Part shown: positions 18,384-27,803 of the stretch, one piece after another
Numbering within the stretch: position 1 is the stretch's first letter
Layout: every line of letters starts with the position of its first letter
Source: Candidatus Oxydemutatoraceae bacterium
Lineage (GTDB): Bacteria; Pseudomonadota; Gammaproteobacteria; Poriferisulfidales; Oxydemutatoraceae
Direction of reading: 5' to 3'
Assembly: GCA_965219575.1 (NCBI GenBank)
Contig: OZ244779.1
Span: 1,420,769-1,484,768 of the forward strand
DNA length: 64,000 nt
Program-made: the position numbers and the translations under genes
Notes under the pieces: model-generated
What the model was told of the DNA's origin: nothing
The model's database searches: none
The model's input: only the letters and a program-made list of their open reading frames with translations

Positions 18384-21300
18384 ATGCCGAAACATACCGA
18401 ATACGCTTTTGAGACTGCGATTGAAACCGCGCTAACCGGTTCCGGTGGCTATGAGAAGCGTAGCCCCGATGCCTTTGATGAAACACTTGCGCTGTTCCCC
18501 GACGATGTTTGCGGTTTTCTCAAAGACAGCCAAGCTACAAAATGGAGATCACTTGAAATGTTGCTTGGAGAGAAAACCAATGCAACCGTGTTGGAAGACT
18601 TGTCGAAGGAATTGGAACTCAAGGGTACGCTTCACATTCTACGCCACGGCTTCAAGTGCTACGGCAAAACATTCCGCATGGCTTGGTTCCAACCGAACAC
18701 TGCTATGAATCCCGAAGCTGCCCAGAACTATGCTCGGAACCGGCTGACCGTTACTCGGCAAGTTGCTTTTACTTCGGTTCTGGGACATGCGGACGGTAAA
18801 AATCGCCGTTGCATTATTGATGTTGCACTTTCCGTTAACGGCATTCCCGTCGTCACTGCCGAACTTAAGAACCCGCTAACCGGGCAATGCGCCGCTGATG
18901 CAAAACACCAATATATGAATGAGCGAAGTGGGAATGATTTGCTCTTTGATTTCAAAAAACGAGCACTGGTTCATTTCGCAGTGGATGCGGACGAAGTATG
19001 GATGACAACTCGCTTAGAGGGCAAGGAAACCTCTTTCCTACCTTTCAACCGGGGCAATAATCATGCAGCAGGCAATCCGCCGGTTGAAGGAAACCACAAG
19101 ACACATTATCTATGGGATGAGGTACTGCAGGCTGATAGCCTATTAGATATCTTGCAACGTTTCATGCACCTTGAGGTCAAGGAGAAGTATGTCAGACTCT
19201 ACGAGGGTATGCAAACCGATAAGAGAGAGACGATGATATTCCCACGCTATCACCAACTTGATGTGGTTCGGAAACTGGTCGCACATGCAAAGGTTCATGG
19301 TGCAGGGCGGAATTATCTAATCCAACATTCGGCTGGTTCGGGTAAATCAAACTCAATTGCATGGCTTGCACATCGATTGGCTAGCCTGCATGACGAGCAT
19401 GACGAAAAAGTGTTTCATTCCGTTGTCGTAGTGACCGACCGGCGCGTATTAGATCAACAGCTACAAGAAACGATATACCAATTTGAACACAAGACCGGCG
19501 TAGTGGAGAAGATTGACGAAAACACACAACAACTCGCCCGCGCCTTATCCCACGGTACGCCTATCGTCATTACCACCATACAGAAATTCCCTTTCATCTC
19601 GCGTGCGCTGACAACCCTTGAGAATAAGGGAGACGACATAAAAATCAATACTGCAGGTAAACGCTTTGCCGTCATCGTTGATGAAGCACACTCATCTCAG
19701 AGCGGAGAAACTGCGGCTACTCTTAGAGGTATGTTGAACAAGGAGGGAATCGAGGCTGCCATTGCCGCCCAACTTTCCGAAGAGGAAGATAGCGACCTCT
19801 CCGATGATGCAAAGGCAGCGATACTACGCGATGCACTGAAGCGGAGACGCCAGCCTAATATCAGTTTTTTTGCTTTTACAGCCACACCCAAATTTAAGAC
19901 CAAAGCCTTGTTTGACGAACCCGGTCCGTCCGGTGCATCTCCGTTTCACGAGTACACCATGCGGCAAGCCATTGAGGAAGGTTTCATCATGGATGTGCTT
20001 CAAAACTATACCACCTATAAACGTTTCTTTGGTCTAATCAAACAGATTGAGAGTGATCCCGATGTGCCTCGCAGAGAGGCTGCAAAGGCTCTCATGCGCT
20101 ATCAAGAGCTTCATCCTGTCAATATAGAGCAACTCATCTCGGTGATTGTTGAGCATTTTTGGCTTAAAGTGAAAAACGAGATCGGCGGACGCGCAAAGGC
20201 TATGGTAGTCACAAACTCTCGCCTCGCTGCCGTAAAATACAAACTTGCCTTTGATCGCTATATTCAAGACCGAGAATATCCCGGCATTCATTCTCTGGTA
20301 GCTTTCTCAGGCACGGTTTCGGATCCGGACATTCCCGGATCGTCGTATACCGAAGTAGCAATGAACGGTGGCATTGCTGAAACCGAGTTGCCGGATGCCT
20401 TCGCAGGAAACGATTATCAAGTTCTTTTAGTTGCAGAAAAGTATCAGACCGGATTTGATCAACCCTTATTGCAGACAATGTATGTGGTTAAGAAGTTGGC
20501 AGGTGTCCAAGCGGTTCAGACTCTCTCAAGGCTCAACCGCGTCACACCCGGTAAATCGCGTATCTTCGTTCTGGATTTCGCTAACGAAGAAGAAGACATC
20601 TACGAAGCATTCAAACCTTATTATGAGACGACACCTATCGGAAAGAATGCCGAACCGCATCGACTTTCCGAACTGCAGCATCGTCTGCTTGGATGGGCTA
20701 TATTCACGCAAGCCGATGTATATGCATTCGCCGAAGTTTGGTATCGTGGTAAGAACCATTCGGTTAGCGATCATCCTCAAATAAACGCTATTCTTGATGC
20801 TGTTGTCCAACGCTTCAAGAGTCGCAAGGAAGAAGAACAAGAACAGTTTTTTGGACAGTTGACGGCTTATAGAGGTCTCTACGCTTTCCTATCACAAATC
20901 ATCCCTTATGCCGATACCGATCTTGAGCAGCTTTACACCTTCGTGAGAAATCTCTTGATGAAACTGCCGCCGATTGATGGCAAAGCCTTTGCTCTAGATG
21001 ACAAAGTTGCATTGCAATACTTTCGAATGCAGCAAATATCCGAGAATTCTATTAAGCTGGCAGAGGGTGTGGCGGAACCCTTGAAAGGACCGACCGATGT
21101 CGGCACCGGTCGCACTAAAGATCAAGAGGTGACACTTTCAAGTTTGATCGACCGCCTCAATGAACGTTTTGGCACGAACTTTACTATGGCAGATCAGTTG
21201 TTCTTCGATCAGATACAGACTTCGGCAGAGAACAACCAGAATATTGTTGAAGCAGTGCATGCTAATAATTTTGCAGACTTTGTTTCGTATCTAGACACCG

Positions 21301-21446
21301 CTCTAAACGATCTATTTATTAAGAGAAGGGAGGGTAACGAAGAGATATTTTCTAAGATTATGTCGGACTCCGAATTCCGTTCAATCGTACATAAACATCT
21401 TGCGCAAGAGATTTTTAATCGGGTTCGCGAAAAACAATCCTCCTGA
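18384..21446 (+). CDS. hsdR: Type I restriction endonuclease subunit R
   Basis: Nuclease D..AELKN, Walker A QHSAGSGKS, DEAH, FTATPK, TGFDQP and QTLSRLNR. Confidence 0.96.
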   Translation: MPKHTEYAFETAIETALTGSGGYEKRSPDAFDETLALFPDDVCGFLKDSQATKWRSLEMLLGEKTNATVLEDLSKELELKGTLHILRHGFKCYGKTFRMAWFQPNTAMNPEAAQNYARNRLTVTRQVAFTSVLGHADGKNRRCIIDVALSVNGIPVVTAELKNPLTGQCAADAKHQYMNERSGNDLLFDFKKRALVHFAVDADEVWMTTRLEGKETSFLPFNRGNNHAAGNPPVEGNHKTHYLWDEVLQADSLLDILQRFMHLEVKEKYVRLYEGMQTDKRETMIFPRYHQLDVVRKLVAHAKVHGAGRNYLIQHSAGSGKSNSIAWLAHRLASLHDEHDEKVFHSVVVVTDRRVLDQQLQETIYQFEHKTGVVEKIDENTQQLARALSHGTPIVITTIQKFPFISRALTTLENKGDDIKINTAGKRFAVIVDEAHSSQSGETAATLRGMLNKEGIEAAIAAQLSEEEDSDLSDDAKAAILRDALKRRRQPNISFFAFTATPKFKTKALFDEPGPSGASPFHEYTMRQAIEEGFIMDVLQNYTTYKRFFGLIKQIESDPDVPRREAAKALMRYQELHPVNIEQLISVIVEHFWLKVKNEIGGRAKAMVVTNSRLAAVKYKLAFDRYIQDREYPGIHSLVAFSGTVSDPDIPGSSYTEVAMNGGIAETELPDAFAGNDYQVLLVAEKYQTGFDQPLLQTMYVVKKLAGVQAVQTLSRLNRVTPGKSRIFVLDFANEEEDIYEAFKPYYETTPIGKNAEPHRLSELQHRLLGWAIFTQADVYAFAEVWYRGKNHSVSDHPQINAILDAVVQRFKSRKEEEQEQFFGQLTAYRGLYAFLSQIIPYADTDLEQLYTFVRNLLMKLPPIDGKAFALDDKVALQYFRMQQISENSIKLAEGVAEPLKGPTDVGTGRTKDQEVTLSSLIDRLNERFGTNFTMADQLFFDQIQTSAENNQNIVEAVHANNFADFVSYLDTALNDLFIKRREGNEEIFSKIMSDSEFRSIVHKHLAQEIFNRVREKQSS

Positions 21447-21494
21447 TATTTAAGTATTACTGTGCCGAATGGCACGGCTGTTGCGTCCGTCATT

Positions 21495-21540
21495 ATTCCT
21501 TTTCTTTGGAGGAGTGGCAGGCGCAGCCTGACAGGGTGGT
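21495..21540 (+). repeat. Family-B repeat
   Basis: attccttttctttggaggagtggcaggcgcagcctgacagggtggt. Confidence 0.75.
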
Positions 21541-21667
21541 TACAATACTACGCGCCACTCGATTTGTAGTTTTGCAAACCGAATGATTTATACTATCAAG
21601 CACATAGGATAGCTTTACATGCTTACCATAAACCACAACCGACAACGCAATTAAATTCAAGGAGGCT

Positions 21668-22537
21668 TTGATGTTGAAAAATAAAATTGAATCTATGAAA
21701 TCTGATTGGCACAAAAAATATAAGTCATGGATTCTACGGAAAACAAAATTTAAATCTATAAAGCGTTGGTGGTGCGAAAATATCAAACCCTATACACTAC
21801 TAGAATTGACTCTAAAATATCGAAAAATTTCTCTGGTTTTGGCAGGTACTTTTGGAATAGTGTTAGCGTGCTATGTGTATCAGTTTTTTTCCAATCAAGT
21901 TGATATCAATAAGACTGCCTTGCATGGTAGTTTAACTATTTTAGCCTTAGGCTTGCCTACCTTTTTTATACTTTGGTTATTTAGAACCCATGATGTTCAA
22001 GAAAATATAAATAATAGCACCTTTTTTGAATGTGCGAGAATGCTGACAGAAAAATATCCAGAAAAGAACATAGAAGAGAAATTTCCAATACTAGCTGATG
22101 AAACAGGTATTCCTCCTCATATATTGGAAAAATCTTTACCAACAAAAATAGCACTTGAGCAACTCGCATATCTCAGAAGAGAAACTGGTTTTGACAAAGA
22201 AAGAATAGAACTCGTTACTCAGCAACTTAAATTGGGTAAAATGTATTTAGTAGGTGCTCGCTTAAGCGGTTTGAATTTAACTAGAGCCGTTTTATATGAT
22301 ACCCGGTTAAGTTTTGCCGATTTGAGTTATGCTAATTTGACTAGCTCTCTTTTGGATAAAGCTGATCTAGGAGGTGCTAAACTAATGGGGGCTAATCTGA
22401 CAAATACGGATACTAGAGAAACCATATTGAGTGGTGCTAAGTATGATAAAAACACTACTTTCAACTCTTGGCTTGATACCGAAGAAAAGCGTATTAAAGC
22501 AGGCATGGTTCCTTATGAACCCGAAGAACAAAAATAG
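21668..22537 (+). CDS. Membrane-anchored pentapeptide-repeat protein
   Basis: Two hydrophobic segments followed by A(R/D/N)LXX pentapeptides (ARLSG LNLTR AVLYD...ANLTN). Start is uncertain. Confidence 0.8.
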   Translation: MMLKNKIESMKSDWHKKYKSWILRKTKFKSIKRWWCENIKPYTLLELTLKYRKISLVLAGTFGIVLACYVYQFFSNQVDINKTALHGSLTILALGLPTFFILWLFRTHDVQENINNSTFFECARMLTEKYPEKNIEEKFPILADETGIPPHILEKSLPTKIALEQLAYLRRETGFDKERIELVTQQLKLGKMYLVGARLSGLNLTRAVLYDTRLSFADLSYANLTSSLLDKADLGGAKLMGANLTNTDTRETILSGAKYDKNTTFNSWLDTEEKRIKAGMVPYEPEEQK

Positions 22538-22637
22538 AAATTTTGCCTGCTAATTTATATAATGCTCATTATTCAATTTGAAAAAGAGTATAATTTTGCC
22601 TCCTAAAAAACCAATGACCGTATCAGCGAAAGCCTAA

Positions 22638-22832
22638 ATGATTAAAGCAAGATTCCAAAACATAGGTCCGATTAAAGATGCCGAATTAGAGCTAGGAGAT
22701 CTAACCATTATTGCCGGGCAAAATAATACCGGCAAAACCTATTTGGTTTATACACTTTATAGCCCTTGGGATTTTCAGAAAGACAATTTACTTAACCTTT
22801 TGTATAGGCCTGAAGACCACTCTGAAAAATAA
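22638..22832 (+). pseudogene. N-terminal fragment of an AAA_15/AAA_21-type ATPase
   Basis: FQNIGPIKDAELELGDLTIIAGQNNTGKT (Walker A), then a stop at 64 aa. Confidence 0.75.
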
Positions 22833-23749
22833 TGAATTTTCCCAGAACTTTGTATTACCGCAGGCGTGTGCTACTGGCAATTCTGGCTCGCGGGAAAGGT
22901 CGCACGGAGAAAATCCGCCTGCAAAAGTTACTCTTTCTATTTACCCAACATCAAGAGAAGCCGATTTATCATTTCTTACCGTATAAGTACGGGTGTTATT
23001 CATTTCAAGCTAACGAAGATGCTCGGATACTCGCCGATTATTATCGGTTGTTGGCAATAACGAAAAACGACAAAGCATACATTGTAAATAGTAAGAAAAT
23101 TAAAGGGATGATCAACTTGAAACCTGAGGATGAAGAGTGTCTAGACGCTATATTTGATGCGTATGGAAAACTTTCCAATGATGCCCTTATCTACGAGGTA
23201 TATAGAAAGTATCCGTACTACGCAATCAATAGCGAGCTTCTGGACAAACCGAAATTTAAACCGTTGCGCCGTTATATATCTAAAGAAAAACCACAGATCA
23301 AAAATAAACATTTAACGCTTTACACCATAGGTTACGAAGGAAAAAGCATAGAACAATATCTGAGAGGTTTAATCGATAACGGCATCTCTGCACTGATAGA
23401 TGTGAGGTATAATCCTTTCAGCATGAAAAAAGGCTTTTCCAAAAAACAACTACAAGATATAACCGGCAGGTTCGGAATAGCTTATATCCATATCCCGGAA
23501 TTAGGCATTAAGGGAAATTTGCGAAAGAATATAAAACCTCGCACCGAATATAATCAACTGTTCAATCAATACCGAAAAACCTTAAGCCAAACCGATAAAG
23601 AGCAAGCATTGCAGGATGTAGTGAAAATCATTCGGCAACACCGAAGAGTTGCTATCACTTGCTTTGAGCAAGATCACACATGCTGTCACCGCAATCATGT
23701 GGCAGAGGCAATAGCCGACAAACACAAAATAATCATTCGGCACTTGTAA
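22832..23749 (+). CDS. DUF488 domain protein with N-terminal helical/wHTH-like domain
   Basis: LYTIGYEG, LIDVR.NP.S.KKGFSK, YIHIPELG and CFE.D...CHR motifs. N-terminal LQKLLFL...Y.F.PYKYG..S. Confidence 0.85.
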   Translation: MNFPRTLYYRRRVLLAILARGKGRTEKIRLQKLLFLFTQHQEKPIYHFLPYKYGCYSFQANEDARILADYYRLLAITKNDKAYIVNSKKIKGMINLKPEDEECLDAIFDAYGKLSNDALIYEVYRKYPYYAINSELLDKPKFKPLRRYISKEKPQIKNKHLTLYTIGYEGKSIEQYLRGLIDNGISALIDVRYNPFSMKKGFSKKQLQDITGRFGIAYIHIPELGIKGNLRKNIKPRTEYNQLFNQYRKTLSQTDKEQALQDVVKIIRQHRRVAITCFEQDHTCCHRNHVAEAIADKHKIIIRHL

Positions 23750-23753
23750 GATA

Positions 23754-24233
23754 TGAGGTTTTTGAAAAAGTATGGGGTGTTGAAAAAATGAGGCTGCTGA
23801 AAAAGTATTTCATACAATGTAGGGGCGGACTTGCATGTCCGCCCGTAACGCGTTGGCCGGCACGATTTATACATTCATTCAACCGATTTATGGAAACCAA
23901 AACCAAATGGCGTAAGCGGTTGAGTTTGTACAGAACGGTACTTAAGGGCAGACACACAGGTCTGCCCCTACGACTTTGTGGTTATCATAATTATGTGGCG
24001 CAAGCGGTTGGATTTATGCAGTGCCAATACTTTTTCAACAGTCACACGATACAACCAGCCCATGGAAAGGCTTTACATTTTGTACTATGTACTAAGATTT
24101 CGCACAATGTTACGCCGATTGACCTACCGGCTCAATCGGCGGCTCTATTCTGCCCCTACGGCTCGGCGGTTTGCGTAAATCCACGGCACAGGCGGTTCTG
24201 TTCGTGCAAAACATTATTTTTCTAACAGCTCCA
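23754..24233. mobile_element. Nested family-A MITE cluster (three stacked left TIRs; complete copy A4 at 23790-24045; outer right end near 24233) containing a family-C element
   Basis: TIR-like starts at 23754, 23774 and 23790. Right ends are tttttcaacagtcac and tttttctaacagctcc. Confidence 0.7.
24061..24149 (+). repeat. Family-C element (subterminal 10-bp hairpin, 9-nt loop)
   Basis: cgccgattga-cctaccggc-tcaatcggcg-gctctatt. Homologous to 10843, ~25360, 43606 and 62247. Confidence 0.75.
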
Positions 24234-24256
24234 ACATTGATACACAGGATGCGCTA

Positions 24257-24940
24257 ATGAGACAGATTGCATTGGATACCGAGACGACCGGGCTTGAGGT
24301 CAGGGATGGGCATCGGATTTTGGAGATAGGGTGTGTTGAGATTATAGACCGCGGTATCAGCGAGCGGACTTTTTATTCTAAGGTGAATCCCAAGCGTGAG
24401 GTGAGCGAAGGTGCGCGACGGGTGCACGGTTATACTTGGGAGATGCTCAAGGGGAGTCCGCTGTTTGGCAGTGTATGCGACGAGTTTTTGAAATTCGCTC
24501 AGGGTAGCGAGGTGCTGATACATAATGCGCCGTTTGATTTGGGTTTTCTGGATGCCGAGTTGGCGCGTCTAAATCGTGGCACTTTTATACAGGAGACGGG
24601 TTGCACCATCATTGACACAGTGGAACTTGCTAAGAAAGTGCATGTCGGTTCGTCTTATTCTTTGAATGCGCTTAGCGATCACTATCAGATTGATAGAAGT
24701 CATCGCGAGTTGCACGGTGCGTTGATAGATGCGGATTTATTGGCGCAGGTTTATTTAGCTATGACGAGCGGGCAGACGAGTATATCCTTCGCCGGTGAAC
24801 CGCAAGTTGATAGGCATGAAGTTGTTGCCGCCGACGAGAAAGAGGAGGTTTTGTCCGACAAGGGCTTGATAGTGATTAAGGCAACCGAGGACGAATTGAA
24901 TCGCCACGAACAGTTTTTAGCGGCAAAGTTTGCGAAATAG
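24257..24940 (+). CDS. dnaQ: DNA polymerase III subunit epsilon
   Basis: ExoI LDTETTG, ExoII HNAPFD, ExoIII HGALIDA, and clamp-binding-like QTSISF. Confidence 0.96.
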   Translation: MRQIALDTETTGLEVRDGHRILEIGCVEIIDRGISERTFYSKVNPKREVSEGARRVHGYTWEMLKGSPLFGSVCDEFLKFAQGSEVLIHNAPFDLGFLDAELARLNRGTFIQETGCTIIDTVELAKKVHVGSSYSLNALSDHYQIDRSHRELHGALIDADLLAQVYLAMTSGQTSISFAGEPQVDRHEVVAADEKEEVLSDKGLIVIKATEDELNRHEQFLAAKFAK

Positions 24941-24967
24941 TCGTAGGAGGGGAATGGGCAGCACCAT

Positions 24968-25359
24968 GTTTGTGTTGAAAAAATATTGTTCCGCAAAACC
25001 GTAACTGCTTCGCGCCATTAAGTTTACGATAACCACCGAGTCGTAGGGGCAGACCTGTGTGTCTGCCCAAAACGATACCGCTCTGTACAAACTCAACCGC
25101 TTGCGCCATTTGGTTTTGGTTTCCATAAATCGGGTGAATGAATGTATAAATCGTGCATGCGCAACGCGTTACGGGCGGACATGCTAGTCCGCCCCTACGG
25201 CGGTTTGTAAATATTCACGGCGCAAGCGGTTGCAGTTGTGCAAAAACAGTGCTTTTCAACTTACGGGCGGACATGCTAGTCCGCCCCTACGGCGGTTTGT
25301 AAATATTCACGGCGCAAGCGGTTGCAGTTGTGCAAAAACAGTGCTTTTTCAACAGCCCC
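24968..25359. mobile_element. MITE family A copy A5 with an internal 92-bp tandem duplication
   Basis: 25169-25260 is repeated at 25261-25353. Right TIR ctttttcaacagcccc; left TIR degenerate. Confidence 0.78.
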
Positions 25360-25447
25360 ACGCCAAGCCTCTACATTTCGTAGCTTACATCGTGGTTCAG
25401 CACAATGTTACGCCACTTGCCCAACTGGAGCAAGTGGCGGTTCCATT
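25360..25447 (+). repeat. Divergent family-C element abutting the yccA stop codon
   Basis: cacaatgtta-cgccacttgc-ccaactgga-gcaagtggcg-gttccatt. Confidence 0.65.
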
Positions 25448-26108
25448 ATTCGTTTCCATGCAACACCGAGAACAGGTTCAGCAGATGCACGAATAGCACA
25501 TAGATGTTGGCGTAAAGCGATACGGTCATCATGACATAGTTGGTCTCGCCGCCGTGTATCATGCGGCTGGTGTCGTAGAGTATGAGTCCCGACATGATGA
25601 ATACCGCAACCGACGATATGGTCAGCGATAGCAACGGTATCGCTAAAAATAGATTGGCAACGATTGCAACGAGCAATATAATCAAGCCGGTGAACAGGAA
25701 ACTGCGCATGTAGCTGAAGTCTTTTCTAGTTGCCAAGGTATATGCGGAAAGTCCGACAAAAACCGCTGCAGTGGTGCCGAACGACATCATCACGATTTGC
25801 GGTCCGTTGCTTAGGCTCAAATAAAGACTCAGTATAGGTCCCAACACATAGCCCATGAATGCCGTGAACGCAAAGGTCAGCACCAACCCCCAAACGCTGT
25901 TGCGAAAGCGGTTGATGACAAACGGCATGCCGATGAATATTGCCAGCATCAGTAGCCAATTCACCGGGCGGGCACCGATATTCATTGCAACCGCAGCGGT
26001 GATTGTGCTGGTGAGCAGGGTTAGGGTAAGTAGCAGGTAGGTATTGCTAATAATCCGGCTATTCGCAAGACCTGCCCGCCTAGATTGAGAAATAACAACT
26101 TGTTCCAT
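25446..26108 (-). CDS. yccA: Bax inhibitor-1/YccA family membrane protein
   Basis: 7-TM pattern with NTYLLL, FTAFMGYVLGPIL, RKDFSYM and ILYDTSRMIHGGETNY. Confidence 0.92.
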   Translation of the reverse strand: MEQVVISQSRRAGLANSRIISNTYLLLTLTLLTSTITAAVAMNIGARPVNWLLMLAIFIGMPFVINRFRNSVWGLVLTFAFTAFMGYVLGPILSLYLSLSNGPQIVMMSFGTTAAVFVGLSAYTLATRKDFSYMRSFLFTGLIILLVAIVANLFLAIPLLSLTISSVAVFIMSGLILYDTSRMIHGGETNYVMMTVSLYANIYVLFVHLLNLFSVLHGNE

Positions 26109-26198
26109 AATAAAAGCCTCCGATAGTTTAATTATGCAAATTATACCAAAATATGTACAATGCTTCTATAAGCAAATCCAATTATATAGTACTTAATC

Positions 26199-27428
26199 AT
26201 GAGAAAATTTTTGAAAATATCGTATTTGTTTGCCACAACGATTCTGATATGGGTTCTGTTCAATCCGAATTCAAGTGCGCATACACAGATGTTCGGTTAC
26301 GACGAACAGCTTTTTGAGACCAACGATTTATCTTGGCGTTTGATTGTGCCGTCGGGCTATACGCTCGAGCTATTGGTTGAGATGGAGAAACCGCGTATGT
26401 TAACAAGGACGGCAGGCGATGTACTTTTGGTAGGTTCGTCGGTAGGTGATATCTACCGTGTCAAGCCACCTTATGACAAAGTTGAGATCATTGCCGAGCC
26501 GGGAGGTTTCCCGCACAGCGTTACAGTACGCGACGGTGAATTGTTGGTCGGCATGACCAACGGTGTCTATCGTGCGCCGTATGAACCCGACGGCAACAAG
26601 CGGTTGGACGATGACGATTTTGAACTGGTCGCAGCGTTGCCGTCCGGTGGCGGGCATGCCAGTCGAACCGTAGCCGCAGGTCCCGACGGCAAAATCTATT
26701 TGGGGTTGGGTATCAGCGGTAACTGTAGCGATCAATATATAGGTGAAGGGTATAGTTTTGCCGAGCAGCGCGGTGGCATTTTGATACTTTCCGAATCAAA
26801 AAACGGATCCGCACAATGGAAACCTTATGCAACTGGTCTGCGCAATCCGATGGGTTTTGATTGGCATCCGAGCAGTGGTGTGCTTTATGCGAGCAATAAC
26901 GGTCCCGACCATCACGGCTATGAACTACCGTCCGAATACTTTAGTCGCATCGATTCCGGTTCTTTTCATGGGATGCCGTGGTTTTGGTTGAACGAGCGCA
27001 ACGAGTTGCTGGCGGATAATTGTATAAATAGTCCGCCACCGCGCAACGATGCACGGCCGCCGGTTGCGACTTTTCCGGCGCGTAGCGCGCCGATGGGTGT
27101 TGCTTTTGTTCCGCAAGGTGCGTTGCAACCGGAAATGGTCGGCAGTGCCGTTGTTGCGATACACGGTTCGTGGGCAACGAAACCGAGAGGTGGCTATTTC
27201 GGAAGTAAGGCAACCCGCAGACCGCCTCGTGTTGTATTGGTACACTTTAGAGAGGGTGAAGCGTCCGAAGTTATGCCGTTGATCGAAGACTTGCAAGATG
27301 ACGCAGGGGATCGTCTGATGCGTCCTATGGGTGTTGCTTTTGCATCGGACGGTGCGCTTTATTTCACCAGCGACGGTGGAATCATCGAAGGGTTGTTCAG
27401 ATTGCGACGCCAAACGGATAAACCTTGA
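26199..27428 (+). CDS. PQQ-dependent sugar/L-sorbosone dehydrogenase family beta-propeller
   Basis: Signal peptide, GHASRTV..GPDGKIY, ATGLRNPMG, ARSAPMG, HGSW and RPMGVAFASDGALY motifs. Confidence 0.85.
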   Translation: MRKFLKISYLFATTILIWVLFNPNSSAHTQMFGYDEQLFETNDLSWRLIVPSGYTLELLVEMEKPRMLTRTAGDVLLVGSSVGDIYRVKPPYDKVEIIAEPGGFPHSVTVRDGELLVGMTNGVYRAPYEPDGNKRLDDDDFELVAALPSGGGHASRTVAAGPDGKIYLGLGISGNCSDQYIGEGYSFAEQRGGILILSESKNGSAQWKPYATGLRNPMGFDWHPSSGVLYASNNGPDHHGYELPSEYFSRIDSGSFHGMPWFWLNERNELLADNCINSPPPRNDARPPVATFPARSAPMGVAFVPQGALQPEMVGSAVVAIHGSWATKPRGGYFGSKATRRPPRVVLVHFREGEASEVMPLIEDLQDDAGDRLMRPMGVAFASDGALYFTSDGGIIEGLFRLRRQTDKP

Positions 27429-27452
27429 TGGTTTTGTTCGTGCAGAGCAGTT

Positions 27453-27662
27453 GGGGCTGTTGAAAAAGTGCGGCATCGTACGAATCCAATCACTTGCGCC
27501 ATTTGGTTTTGGTTTCCATAAATTGGATGGATGAAATGTATAAATCGTGTAGGCACAACGCGTTACGGGCGGACATGTTAGTCCGCCCCTACGGGTGGTT
27601 TGCAAATATTCACAGCGCAAGCGGTTACGATTGCGCCGAGACGATACTTTTTCAACAGCCCT
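27453..27662. mobile_element. MITE family A copy A6
   Basis: ggggctgttgaaaaag...ctttttcaacagccct. Inverse of A11. Confidence 0.8.
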
Positions 27663-27803
27663 AGTATTTCAGGGGGCATATTAGCTTTCTCTACAATGGT
27701 TTGCGTAATTGTTTCGGGGTTATTTGCTCAGTCCGGCGGCACAATGCCACCCGATATTAAGTTGGAAATTTGGAGATATTGATAGAATAACTTTCCTCTG
27801 TAT

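Noticed and set aside
10819-23749. Integron cassette array (repeats between accessory genes)
   Set aside because: No intI, no RYYYAAC/GTTRRRY attC boxes recognised, and genes occur in both orientations.
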